A stretch of DNA of 64,000 bases from Macrostomum lignano (lineage: Eukaryota). A model generated the notes under the pieces. It was not told the DNA's origin. It saw only the letters and a program-made list of their open reading frames with translations, and made no database searches. Both the position numbers and the translations under genes were made by a program. The DNA lies in contig NIVC01000029.1 of NCBI GenBank assembly GCA_002269645.1, positions 372,001 through 436,000 on the forward strand, in the 5' to 3' direction. Positions 13,588-26,638 of this stretch are shown here, piece by piece (the first letter of the stretch is position 1; each line of letters opens with the position of its first letter).

Positions 13588-15990
13588 ATGTGCGTCAGGA
13601 GCATAAATGGTGTGTGTCAGGAACTGCATGTATTGTGTCAGGATCTCGAAGTATTGTGTGTCAGAATCTCAATGTGTGTGTCAGGATCTCGATTTATTGT
13701 GTGTCAGGATCTCGATTTATTGTATGTCAGGATCTCGATGTATTGTGTGTCAGGATCTCGAAGCAATGTGTGTCAGTATCTCAAAGTATTGTGTGTCAGG
13801 ATCTCAAAGTATGTGTGTCAGGATCTCGAAGCATGTGTCAGTACTCAAAAAATTGTGTGTCAGGATCTCAAAGTATGTGTCAGGATCTCGAAGCATGTGT
13901 TTCAGGATCTCAAAGCATGTGTGTCAGGATCTCAAAGTATTGTGTGTCAGGATCTCAAAGCATGTATGTCAGGATCTCAAAGTATTGTGTGTAAGGATCT
14001 CAAAGTATTGTGTGTCAGGATCTCAAAGTATGTGTGTCAGTATCTCGAAGTATGTGTGTCAGGATCTCGAAGCAGTGTGTGTCAGGATCTCAAAGTATTG
14101 TGTGTCAGGATCTCAAAATATTTTGTGTCAGGATCTCAAAATATTTTATGTCAGGATCTCGAAGCAGTGTGTGTCGGGATCTCAAAGTATTGTGTGTCAG
14201 GATCTCAAAGCATGTATGTCAGGATCTCAAAGTATTGTGTGTCAGGATCTCAAAGTATTGTGTGTCAGGATCTCAAAGTATGTGTGTCAGTATCTCGAAG
14301 TATGTGTGTCAGGATCTCAAAAATTGTGTGTCAGGATATCGAAGCATGTGTGTCAGGATCTCAAAATATTGTGTGTCAGGATCTCGAAGCAATGTGTGTC
14401 AGGATCTCAAAGTATGTGTGTCAGGATCTTGAAGCATGTGTGTGTCAGGATCTCGAAGCAATGTGTGTCAGTATCTCAAAGTATTGTGTGTCAGGATCTC
14501 AAAGTATGTGTGTCAGGATCTCGAAGCATGTGTCAGTACTCAAAAAATTGTGTGTCAGTATCTCAAAGTATGTGTGTCAGGATCTCAAAATATTGTGTGT
14601 CACGATCTTGAAGCAGTGTGTGTCAGGATCTCAAAGTATTGTGTGTCACGATCTTGAAGCATGTGTGTCAGTATCTCAAAGTATGTGTCAGGATCTCAAA
14701 GCATGTGTGTCAGGATCTTAAAGTATGTGTGTCAGGTTCTCAAAGCATGTGTGTCAGGATCTCAAAGTATGTGTGTCAGGATCTCAAAGCATGTGTGTCA
14801 GTATCTCAAAGTATGTGTGTCAGGATCTCAAAATATTGTGTGTCACGATCTTGAAGCAGTGTCTGTCAGGATCTCAAAGTATTGTGTGTCAGGATCTTGA
14901 AGCATGTGTGTCAGTATCTCAAAGTATGTGTCAGGATCTCAAAGCATGTGTGTCAGGATCTTAAAGTATGTGTGTCAGGTTCTCAAAATATTGTGTGTCA
15001 GGATTTCGAAGCAATATGTGTGTCAGGATCTTAAAGTATTGTGTGTCAGGATCTCAAAGTATTGTCTGTCAGGATCTCAAAGTATTGTGTGTCAGGATCT
15101 CGAAGTATGTGTGTCAGGATCTCAAAATATTGTGTGTCAGGATCTCGAAGCAGTGTGTGTCAGGATCTCAAAGTATTGTGTGTCAGGATCTCGAAGCATG
15201 TGTGTCAGGATCTCAAAGTATTGTGTGTCAGGATCTTGAAGCATGTGTGTCAGTATCTCAAAGTATGTGTCAGGATCTCAAAGCATGTGTGTCAGGATCT
15301 TAAAGTATGTGTGTCAGGATCTCAAAATATTGTGTGTCAGGATTTCGAAGCAATATGTGTGTCAGGATCTCAAAGTATTGTGTGTCAGGATCTCAAAGTA
15401 TTGTCTGTCAGGATCTCAAAGTATTGTGTGTCAGTATCTCAAAGTATGTGTCAGGATCTCAAAGCATGTGTGTCAGGATCTTAAAGTATGTGTGTCAGGT
15501 TCTCAAAATATTGTGTGTCAGGATTTCGAAGCAATATGTGTGTCAGGATCTTAAAGTATTGTGTGTCAGGATCTCGAAGTATGTGTGTCAGGATCTCAAA
15601 ATATTGTGTGTCAGGATCTCGAAGCAGTGTGTGTCAGGATCTCAAAGTATTGTGTGTCGGGATCTCGAAGCATGTGTGTCAGTATCTCAAAGTATTGTGT
15701 GTCAGGATCTCAAAGTATTGTGTGTCAGGATCTCAAAGTATGTGTGTCAGGATCTCAAAATATTGTGTGTCAGGATCTCGAAGTATGTGTGTCAGGATCT
15801 CAAAATATTGTGTGTCAGGATCTCGAAGTATGTGTGTCAGGATCTCAAAATATTGTGTGTCAGGATCTCGAAGTATGTGTGTCAGGATCTCAAAGTATGT
15901 GTGTCAGTATCTCGAAGTATGTGTGTCAGGATCTCAAAGTATGTGTGTCAGGATCCCGAAGTATGTGTGTCAGGATCCCGAGTGTGTGTC
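13588..15990 (+). repeat. About 21-23-bp minisatellite (GTGTGTCAGGATCTCAAAGTA[TT])n, 2.4 kb
   Basis: Read directly; source of the many CVRISK/VCQDLK pseudo-ORFs. Confidence 0.97.
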
Positions 15991-16787
15991 AGAGCTAGGT
16001 GCCTGACTACTTTGAGCCATACAAAAAATTGACCCTTGGCTATACAACTAAAATGATAAAATTTGTATTCATTTTTAATTTCAAAGCCAACGCCAAAAGT
16101 CTCAAGGGAGCAACGCGAGTCACAAGAGATGGACTCAGCGAGGAAATCTTAGGGAAATGAAAAAGTTACCCGGACTTGACGTCACGTTTCGCTGTCTCGA
16201 TCTCTACTTTCCCCCCAAAGGCGATTCTTAATTTATGAGTGACGCAACCTCTAGCCCGAAATTACGTAATCTTTGTCTTGAAATAACTGAAGAAATCTCT
16301 AAATGAAGACGAGAGTCTTACATATAGAATTTGAAAACTAAAAGCAAAGGAATTAAGAGGCATATCTCAAGTGCTTCCAATGCGGTGCTTGAAACCTCTC
16401 GGCAAATATTCTACCTACACGGGGCCAGTCTAGTAAAGTGAAGAGGGACTCGTGACTTTGTAACCATTATAGCATTTCACCTTGCAGCCCGGAATGAACA
16501 GTCCCTGTTTTGTTTGGGTCAATCACGAGAGAAAAAGTGATTGGCACAATTTTCATCAGAATTCGATTTCTGAACAGTGATGAGGAAAAAGTTGCGTGAT
16601 TGAAGAGAACTCAGATTTTATTTTAATAATTGTGATTCTCCGAGCAGACGGATGTGTAATTGATTGATGGGATTTTTGTTATGCTGGTTGGTTGCACAGT
16701 TGTGAAAAGCATTAAGCAATTATTTTCTAATCTGGCACTGTGACTGACAGTACTCAGAAGCGAGAATGTTAAGAATATATTTTACTT

Positions 16788-17500
16788 GTCTTGGCGCCAC
16801 TTTGTTACTTGTTTTGGCGCCACTTTGACATCTGCTTTGGCGCCACTTTGTTACTTGTTTTGGCGCCACTTTGACATCTGTTTTGGCGCCACTTTGTTAC
16901 CTGTTTTGGCGCCACTCTGACATCTGTTTTGGCGCCACTTTGTTACTTGTTTTGGCGCCACTCCGACATCTGTTTTGGCGCCACTTTGTTACCTGTTTTG
17001 GCGCCACTCTGACATATGTTTTGGCGCCACTTTGTTACCTGTTTTGGCGCCACTCTGACATCTAATTTGGCGCCACTTTGTTACCTGTTTTGGCGCCACT
17101 CTGACATCTGTTTTGGCGCCACTCTGACATCTGTTTTGGCGCCACTTTGTTACCTGTTTTGGCTCCACTCTGACATCTGTTTTGATGCCACTGTGTTACC
17201 TGTTTGGCGCCACTTTGACATCTGTTTTGGCGCCACTTTGACATCTGTTTTGGCGCCACTCTGACACCTGTTTTGATGCCACTTTGCTACCTGTTTGGCG
17301 CCACTCTGACATCTGTTTTGGCGCCACTTTGTTACCTGTTTTGGCGCCACTCTGACATCTGTTTTGATGCCACTTTGTTACCTGTTTGGCGCCACTCTGA
17401 CATCTGTTTTGATGCCACTTTGTTACCTGTTTGGCGCCACTCTGACATCTGTTTTGGCGCCACACCGACATCTATTTTAGGCGCCACTCTGACGGTTTTA
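16788..17500 (+). repeat. About 23-bp minisatellite with TTTTGGCGCCAC core
   Basis: Alternating TTTTGGCGCCACTTTGTTACCTG and TTTTGGCGCCACTCTGACATCTG units. Confidence 0.95.
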
Positions 17501-17971
17501 GCGCCTTACTGTCAGCTATTTCGGCTAGTTTAATATAGTCCACTTGTTTCAGTAGGCACTGCTCACTACACAGAACAGAGTGTAAGGGATTTTAGCAAAA
17601 GCGGTGATTCACATCCATGTTTCCAATCCGAAACAGATTTGTTTTGAAACTGTCTACCCTTATAATCAGATAAGCTGCATCTCGTAGACAAATTCCGTAT
17701 TCGAAATTGCTTAAACCGCACGCACACCCTAGCAACCGATAATTACAGAAGAGAATTTTGTTAGAAAATATTAGAATATAGTCTTTGTCTGCAATAGTTG
17801 CACCCTGTAGAGAGCGTCTGCGTTCCCAGTTTTCTAGTTCGCCGTCGAGTTTCCGGGAAAACTATTTCTTAGATAACGCTCCGTCTCTGTCTGCTGTGTT
17901 TATCAGACTGGAAACGGTTATAAGCCTCTCCAGAATCTTCGCTCTGCTTCATCAATATTCTCATGATGACA

Positions 17972-17975
17972 GCTC

Positions 17976-18040
<65 letters not shown>
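17972..18040 (+). repeat. (CT)n microsatellite
   Basis: Read directly. Confidence 0.95.
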
Positions 18041-18042
<2 letters not shown>

Positions 18043-18239
18043 ATAACAGTCTGTTACCTTCAGTCTTCCAGAAACACTTTTACGACCTTCCACTGACCTT
18101 TGTTGACCCTTAGCTGCGTCGATCGCTTGAATAAGAAGATTGATTAATTAGTCAATTTGGCCAAGTTGGTAAGCTGATTGCGTCATGGATGGCTGTTTGA
18201 ATCAGAAAAAACCTGCGTCCTGAATCTGGAATAACGTGA

Positions 18240-18502
18240 TCCCTGGTTGATCCCTGCTTGATCCCTGCTTGATCCCCGATTGATCCCTGCTTGATCCCAG
18301 CTTCTTGATCCCTGCTGGATCCCTGCTCGATCCCCGATTGATCCCTGCTTGATCCCAGCTTCTTGATCCCTGCTTGATCCCTGCTTGATCCCTGCTTGAT
18401 CCCCGATTGATCCCTGCTTGATCCCTGCTTGATCCCCGATTGATCCCTGCTTGATCCCTGCTTGATCCCTGCTTGATCCCTGCTTGATCCTAGCTTGATC
18501 CC
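18240..18502 (+). repeat. 11-bp minisatellite (TGATCCCTGCT)n
   Basis: Read directly. Confidence 0.93.
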
Positions 18503-18844
18503 TGCCGGTTGCCTGCATAAAATAACAACTAAATTCTGTAAAACACTGGCCTAAGTAAGTCTCTGTAAAATGATTCACAATGGACAAATTCACTTTTGCC
18601 TTCAGCTTGTAGCAACTAAATTCATAACCATATCGAAACCTGTACCCCCAGGTAGAAATAGACAATATATAGTAACATAAAAGTCCTCTACAGACATCCC
18701 AGAATTTTTATTACCTAGTGTAGTAGACGGCAATGACTTACAGAATGCTGCATTCAAATGAATGGTCGCTAAAAATATTGCAGACATTGGCATTCACGAT
18801 AAAAGAAACGAAGTACTAAAATGTAATTTTGAAAGAAGACACAT

Positions 18845-19180
18845 TGGCGCCCACTTCAGCACACAGTGGCGCCCACCGCTTCAGCACACGATGGCGCCCA
18901 CCGCTTCAGCACACAGTGGCGCCCAGTTCAGGACACAGTGGCGCCCACCGCTTCAGCACACAGTGGCGCCCAGTTCAGGACACAGTGGCGCCCACTTCAG
19001 CACACGATGGCGCCCACCGCTTCAGCACACAGTGGCGCCCAGTTCAGGACACAGTGGCGCCCACCGCTTCAGCACACAGTGGCGCCCAGTTCAGGACACA
19101 GTGGCGCCCACTTCAGCACACGATGGCGCCCACCGCTTCAGCACACAGTGGCGCCCAGTTCAGGACACAGTGGCGCCCAA
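18845..19180 (+). repeat. 25/21-bp minisatellite (GTGGCGCCCACCGCTTCAGCACACA)n
   Basis: Same family as 27095-28645. Confidence 0.95.
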
Positions 19181-19655
19181 AAAGACCAAGCCAAAAGCTA
19201 AAAAAACTGCAGTAATACTTTCTGCTCAGTAGATAAACTCTTCGCAGGAAATTTTAGAAGCATTAGCAATAAAACTTTGCGACTTTCACTGGCGCTTTGA
19301 ATCAGTTTTCCTCTCTGAGTTAAAAATGAAATTTCTTCATTGTCAACACCTTATCATTAACTGACTATTTTCTTACCATGCAAACCAAACTGTCAAAACT
19401 GATTAGAACAGGAAAAACTCAAAGAGAAAAAAGTTTCTTGATAAAGAAGACGCCCGCCCACACGCGGACTTGGGGCTTCTCAGCGCGTCTTTCTTTGGCA
19501 GCCAGGAAAATGTAAACGAGCCAATAGCAATCCAGCTAGTGTTTCATTGGCCCCAGGTTCCTAGAACTGTCAACCCAACATTAACGTAACGTTGCAGGCA
19601 TTTTTAAGAGACCAGAAAAAAGGTAGAATTTCTAAGAAAATCTTAAACACTAACC

Positions 19656-21990
19656 ATGACGGCACTTTTTCTGCTTTTAGAATTATTGCTGCTTTTAGGC
19701 AGTAGCAAACTTGCGGTAGGCGCTGACAGTCGCTGCTCTGGGCGGCCCGGCTCGCAGTTCTGTCTGGTTGGCGGCGCTCTGGACGTCTCCTGCTCATCCG
19801 ACACCGCCTCTCTGGTGCTCAAATTCCAGAGCGTCGCCTCCTGGCCAGCGTCGGCCGCCTCTCCCGGTCGGGGCCTCGTTGGCTGCGACTCGGTTGACCA
19901 CTTGAAGGTCACCGGCTGGCAAGGTCCCGAGCTTGAGTCCGGACACACTGCTCAGCTACCGAATCTGTCATCGATGGAGATTCTCGACGGAAATTTAACG
20001 ACCGTTGGGCCCGACGTGTGCGGCAAGCGGCTGCGGCAGCTCAGTCTGGCCAGGAATCGAGTTCGGGACCTCAGCCAGCGAGCTCTGATCGGCTGCGGCA
20101 GTCTCGAGTCGCTCGACCTTAGCGAGAACCGCATCGAGAGGCTGCCGGACGGCCTGCTGGCCGCCTGCGGATCGCTGAGGACGCTGAAGCTGAGCGGCAA
20201 CCGGCTGAGTCAGCTGGGACCCCGGGCTCTGCAGGTGACTGGCTCAGGCTGCCATTTAACTCGTGTTGCTAGGGGGTGCTGGGAGCCCGGGCTCTGCAGG
20301 TGACTGGCTCAGGCTGCCATTTAACTCGTGTTGCTAGGGGGTGCTGGGAGCCCGGGCTCTGCAGGTGACTGGCTCAGGCTGCCATTTAACTCGTGTTGCT
20401 AGGGGGTGCTGGGAGCCCGGGCTCTGCAGGTGACTGGCTCAGGCTGCCATTTAACTCGTGTTGCTAGGGGTGGTTGGGAGCCCAACTGTGCAATTTCTCC
20501 TGAGGAAGAGAGGGGGCACCAGCTACAGAGGGGGCGCCAGCTACAGAGGGGGCGCCAGCTACAGAGGGGGCACCAGCTACAGAGGGGCGACAGCTACAGA
20601 GGGGGCGCCAGCTACAGAGGGGTCACCAGCTACAGAGGGGGCACCAGCTACAGAGGGGTGCCAGCTACAGAGGGGGCGCCAGCTACAGAGGGGGCACCAG
20701 CTACAGGTGGGCGCCAGCTAAAGGGGGGTTAGGATAAAATCTTAATAGAAGGTTGCCATTCATGCGACTCATGCAACTGAGGCTACTTCACCCAGCCATT
20801 TCAAAGCCAAGACTCTGGATATTAAAGCCCCAATCCAATCTGGTTGGACTCCCGCAGGGCGCCGTCAGCCTCTTCGAGCTGCACGCGCTCGGCAACCAGT
20901 TCCGCACCCTGGGCAGCCTCGAACGGGCCTTCGCCTCCAACCAGAGGCTCAGCCTCATCGACCTGCGCGACAACGAGCTGTTCGCGTACCTGCCCGCCTC
21001 CGACGACGGCCTCTGCGGTCCCGAGAACGTCACCGTGCGGCTGCACTTCGCCGGGTGTCCACCGGCTCCGGCGACTGACGCGGCCGTCTGTGAGACGGTG
21101 CGGCGACACCGCTGCTTGGGCAGCTCGGCGCACCTGCTGGTCACCTTCACCAGCTGTCAGGTGAGTCAAGGAATGATTTTGGAGGGATAGAGTGGCTCAA
21201 TGGTAAACGCGCAACGCCCTCGGAGAGCGCACACAAGCGCGTCAATACACAGGGTTTACAGCGGCCCTGACTTTCTAATCCTGTTAGGCATGTACACTCT
21301 CACGGCCCCTCGCGGAATCGACCTGATTGAGACTTATTTTCTCCTCTCACACAGGTTCCCATAGCAACCGAGTGCTCAGTCGTCGTTTCCGAAGTCCGAC
21401 CTCCAGCGGTGGTCGCTCAACAACAGCCGGAACCAACTTCGGTTAACGCAAAAGCAGCCACACCGACTACCCCAGCCTGTCCCAGCGTTGCCACGGCAAC
21501 AGTCGCATCCGACTGTCGATTTTTCACTCGCCTCAGCGAAGCGGCCGTCGCAGCCAAGTCGGATCCAGCCGTGTGGCTGCTGATTGCCCTGGCCGGCACT
21601 GTGCTCTTCGCTCTGCTTCAACTACTCGTCTCTCTTGCCGTCTGTCATCGGTTGAAGCTTCGCTTGGCTCGCCTGCAAGTGCGCGCCGAGCAGCTGGCCA
21701 GAGAGTGCTCCAGCCACCAGTCCTTCTGTCACAACCATCGATCGTCCATGCTATGTAGTCGGCAGTCCGGTCTCAGCGGAGGTCGCATGACCCCTAGCGG
21801 TCGGGGACCTTCGTCTCATTGCGGCGGCATCTCGGAGTTCGGCGACTCGACCGTGCCAACCTTTGCGACACTGACGGCGGTGCACACGATGCCGCAACAG
21901 CCGCTACTGACTGAGAAGCAGGGAGAACCGGACTCTGGCAGCAGCGGACTGCCCGACTCAGAGGAAGTCCCTCATGGAGATCAGGACTGA
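19656..21990 (+). CDS. LRR-containing type I membrane protein, paralog A (about 505 aa, 3 exons)
   Basis: Exons 19656-20234, 20858-21160 and 21355-21990, all phase 0 GT-AG. Signal peptide MTALFLLLELLLLLGSS; LRRs LRQLSLARNRV, LESLDLSENRI, LRTLKLSGNRL, LSLIDLRDNEL; TM VWLLIALAGTVLFALLQLLVSLAVC followed by HRLK. Confidence 0.88.
20213..20483 (+). repeat. 65-bp tandem repeat spanning the exon 1 donor site, 4 donor copies
   Basis: CCCGGGCTCTGCAG|GTGACT at 20221, 20286, 20351 and 20416. Confidence 0.95.
20511..20728 (+). repeat. 18-bp GCCAGCTACAGAGGGGGC minisatellite in LRR-A intron 1
   Basis: Read directly. Confidence 0.95.
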
Positions 21991-22109
21991 GTCCAGGGAG
22001 AACTTCGATTGCAATGGTGATTTTGCTTTGAATGATAAGATTTTGGACAGTTTTTTTCTGTGTCTGATTTCTTCATTGCTGCGTCCGAATGCAAAAACAT
22101 TATCTGATA

Positions 22110-22400
22110 AAGTGTCAGATCAAGTGTCAGATATAGTGTCATATCAAGTGTCAGATATAGTGTCAGATCAAGTGTCAGATATAGTGTCAGATCAAGTGTC
22201 AGATCAAGTGTCAGATCAAGTGTCAGATCAAGTGTCAGATCAAGTGTCAGATCAAGTGTCAGATCAAGTGTCAGATCAAGTGTCAGATCAAGTGTCAGAT
22301 CAAGTGTCAGATCAAGTGTCAGATCAAGTGTCAGATCAAGTGTCAGATCAAGTGTCAGATCAAGTGTCAGATCAAGTGTTTGATCAAGTGTCAGATCATA
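22110..22400 (+). repeat. 12-bp minisatellite (GTGTCAGATCAA)n
   Basis: Read directly. Confidence 0.95.
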
Positions 22401-23039
22401 TCAATTAGAGTATCATGTAGTGTCAGATAGTGTCAGACAGATTGTCAGATAGACTGTTTGATAAAAATGTCAGGTAGTGTGTCAGGCGGGGTCAGTATTC
22501 AGTCATACAGTGTCAGATAATTTTTTTCATGATTTTTCTCTGGCTTGCTCTGAAACAAATATCTTAGCCAATTCATGACTAACATAGCATGTAATGTCTC
22601 CCTGGATATCAATGTAAATCATGTACATCATGTATTCATACTTAAGCGGCCAGCTCGATGCTGTAAAACGTTATAAATGTTTTTTCTCACTACGATTAAG
22701 CATGTATTGTCACGCGAAATAGCCGATGCAACTTCGTATTTAATGCTTTAATAACTTGCAACTCGGATTATTTGATTTTTTTATGTACTGAATAATACCT
22801 AGTCGGAATGAATAGTTTCAAATTTGATGCAACATGAACTTGTTTCTGTTACTTGCAGCGAAATTCGGTTTGCTAGCTTATTGAAACATTGCAATTGTCA
22901 ACGTTTTTATGTAGAAAGAAAATAGATCCTTTAGTATTTGCTCCGACTTCCATAGTGCATCAAGGACTTTAAAGATGATCATTCAGATAAATAGATCAGA
23001 TGGGTCTCATTTGTGTCTGTCAGTGTCTGTATGGAGTTT

Positions 23040-23775
23040 GTCTGGTGTCTTCCAGGTGTCTGTCTGGTGTCTGTCTGGTGTCTGTCTGGTGTCTGTCTCG
23101 TGTCTGTCTGGTGTCTGTCTGGTGTCCTCCGGGTGTCTGTCTGGTGTCTGTCTTGGTGTCTGTCTTGGTGTCTTCCAGGTGTCTGTCTCGTGTCTGTCTG
23201 GTGTCTGTCTTGGTGTCTGTCTTGGTGTCTTCCAGGTGTCTGTCTGGTGTCTGTCTGGTGTCTGTCTCGTGTCTGTCTTGGTGTCTTCCAGGTGTCTGTC
23301 TGTTGTCTGTCTGGTGTCTGTCTTGGTGTCTGTCTGGTGTCTGTCTGGTGTCTGTCTGGTGTCTGTCTGGTGTCTGTCTCGTGTCTGTCTGGTGTCTGTC
23401 TGGTGTCTTCCAGGTGTCTGTCTGGTGTCTGTCTAGTGTCTTCCGGGTGTCTGTCTGGTGTATGTCTGGTGTCTTCCAGGTGTCTGTCTGGTTTCTGTCT
23501 GGTGTCTGTCTGGTGTCTGTCTGGTGTCTTCCAGGTGTCTGTCTGGTGTCTTCCAGGTGTCTATCTGGTGTCTGTCTGGTGTCTGTCTGGTGTCTGTCTG
23601 GTGTCTGTCTCGTGCTGTCTGTCTGGTGTCTTTCTCGTGTCTGTCTGGTGTCTTCCCGGACTCTGTCTGGTGTCTGTCTTGGTGTCTTCCATGTGTCTGT
23701 CTGGTGTCTGTCTTGGTGTCTTCCAGGTGTCTGTCTGGTGTCTTCCAGGTGTCTTTCTGGTGTCTTCCAGGTGTC
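23040..23775 (+). repeat. About 11-bp degenerate array (GGTGTCTGTCT)n
   Basis: Read directly. Confidence 0.93.
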
Positions 23776-24275
23776 TGCTTGGTTCACCTCCGGTATATGT
23801 CTAGCGTTTTCTCTTGTTTTGATACTGTCATCATTTGCAAATGTGTTGAAATCAAAGAAAATTTCTTATTAATTTTCTCAACGTTAGTTTACACCAAGCT
23901 GACATAACAAATGAATTCTAAAATTATCACTGATGCGTCTAGTTTAACCAAAAACACCGCTCCTTATCACTGACAAATCGTGATAAATTTTGATGTTATT
24001 AAAAATGCTTGAATTACGAAGAAACCACTGGCGCCATCGGCTGTCTGGAAGCTGGTAAATTTTTCTAAACAATCTTTTGACAGCCAAAGTAGCCGCGCGT
24101 GTTGCGCAGGGCTTGAAAAAAAGCGGAGGCATCGAACTGCCACACACGAAGCTGCGGCATGGCTGATAAGTAGAGAGAGCGGCTTGACTTCCGTGCACTG
24201 CGGCTTCGTAAACACAAGCGGTCCGTGTACCATCTGGCTGGTGCAAGGGTTTCCGAATGTAGCATCTGGGCAGGG

Positions 24276-25058
<783 letters not shown>

Positions 25059-25644
25059 CAAGTTTCCAATGTCAGGCTTTCCAGGTATCCAGCTATGAAA
25101 TCCATGACACTGGGTCTGCAGATTGGTCAGGTTTATACACTGGGCTGAAGTGTCGCACTGGGTATTTCTTATCTGCACTGGGACTGAATTCGGTGTAAGC
25201 GCAGGTAGTTTTTGTTTTTAGGTTTCAACTATGTGGATTTTTTTACTACAAACAGTGACTGGTGGCTTAGCCTCAGTGTGACAGTCAGATTGTAATAAAC
25301 TTGGCTTGGGCTAGCCAGATAAGAAACCGTTGGCTAGGCTAAAGTTAAAGCTGACTTCAACCTATATATTTCGAGCCATATTCAAAGTGCTTATGAGCTG
25401 TGTTCCGTATCTACCATGGTATACCAGTGCATACTGGATTCGGCCATGTAAACTTTGCACAGACTGCACTGACTGAAGGGAAGTGTTTTGTACCGGATAT
25501 CAACTAGGATAACGATGCATTCCTCTCGTGATTGTCCCGGGTTCGAAAATCCTTGATCCAAGCTAGCTAGGAATTTGAGTTAACGTTTAGTTCCAAATTA
25601 GGGGCATTTTCAGTGCTAAACTAACATCAATTACATAACATCAA

Positions 25645-26638
25645 TTAGTGGCGACAAACTAATTGAGTCATTGTTGCGACAAACTAATTGAGTCATTGTT
25701 GCGCTAAACTAATTGAGTCATTGTTGCGCTAAACTAATTGAGTCATTGTTGCGCTAAACTAATTGAGTCATTGTGGCGACAAACTAATTGAGTCATTGTT
25801 GCGCTAAACTAATTGAGTCATTGTGGCGCTAAACTAATTGAGTCATTGTGGTGACAAACTAATTGAGTCATTGTGGTGCCAAACTATTTGAGTCATTGTT
25901 GCGCTAAACTAATTGAGTCATTGTGGCGCTAAACTAATTGAGTCATTGTGGTGACAAACTAATTGAGTCATTGTGGTGCCAAACTAATTGAGTCATTGTG
26001 GTGCCAAACTATTTGAGTCATTGTGGCTCCAAACTAATTGAGTCATTGTGGCGCCAAACTAATTGAGTCATTGTGGCGACAAACTAATTGAGTCATTGTG
26101 GCTCCAAACTAATTGAGTCATTGTGGCTCCAAACTAATTGAGTCATTGTGGCTCCAAACTAATTGAGTCATTGTGACGCCAAACTAATTGAGTCATTGTG
26201 GCGACAAACTAATTGAGTCATTGTTGCGCTAAACTAATTGAGTCATTGTGGTGCCAAACTATTTGAGTCATTGTGGCGCCAAACTAATTGAGTCATTGTG
26301 GTGCCAAACTAATTGAGTCATTGTGGCGCCAAACTAATGGAGTCATTGTGGCGACAAACTAATTGAGTCATTGTGGTGCCAAACTATTTGAGTCATTGTG
26401 GCGCCAAACTAATTGAGTCATTGTGGCGCCAAACTAATTGAGTCATTGTGGTGCCAAACTATTTGAGTCATTGTGGCGCCAAACTAATTGAGTCATTGTG
26501 GCGCCAAACTAATTGAGTCATTGTGGCGCCAAACTAATGGAGTCATTGTGGCGACAAACTAATTGAGTCATTGTGGTGCCAAACTATTTGAGTCATTGTG
26601 GCGCCAAACTAATTGAGTCATTGTGGCGCCAAACTAAT
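25645..26638 (+). repeat. 25-bp minisatellite (AAACTAATTGAGTCATTGTGGCGCC)n, about 40 units
   Basis: Read directly; the near-constant part contains TAATTG and TGAGTCA. Confidence 0.97.

Noticed and set aside
13588-16032. Dense Cys-rich ORF cluster (CVRISK/VCQDLK) resembling keratin-associated or metallothionein proteins
   Set aside because: All three frames are open because of the repeat unit; no signal peptide or splice context.
13150-19230. A further multi-exon gene among the arrays at 13-19 kb
   Set aside because: Several exon-like fragments were seen, but no phase-consistent, recognisable chain could be built; needs RNA-seq.
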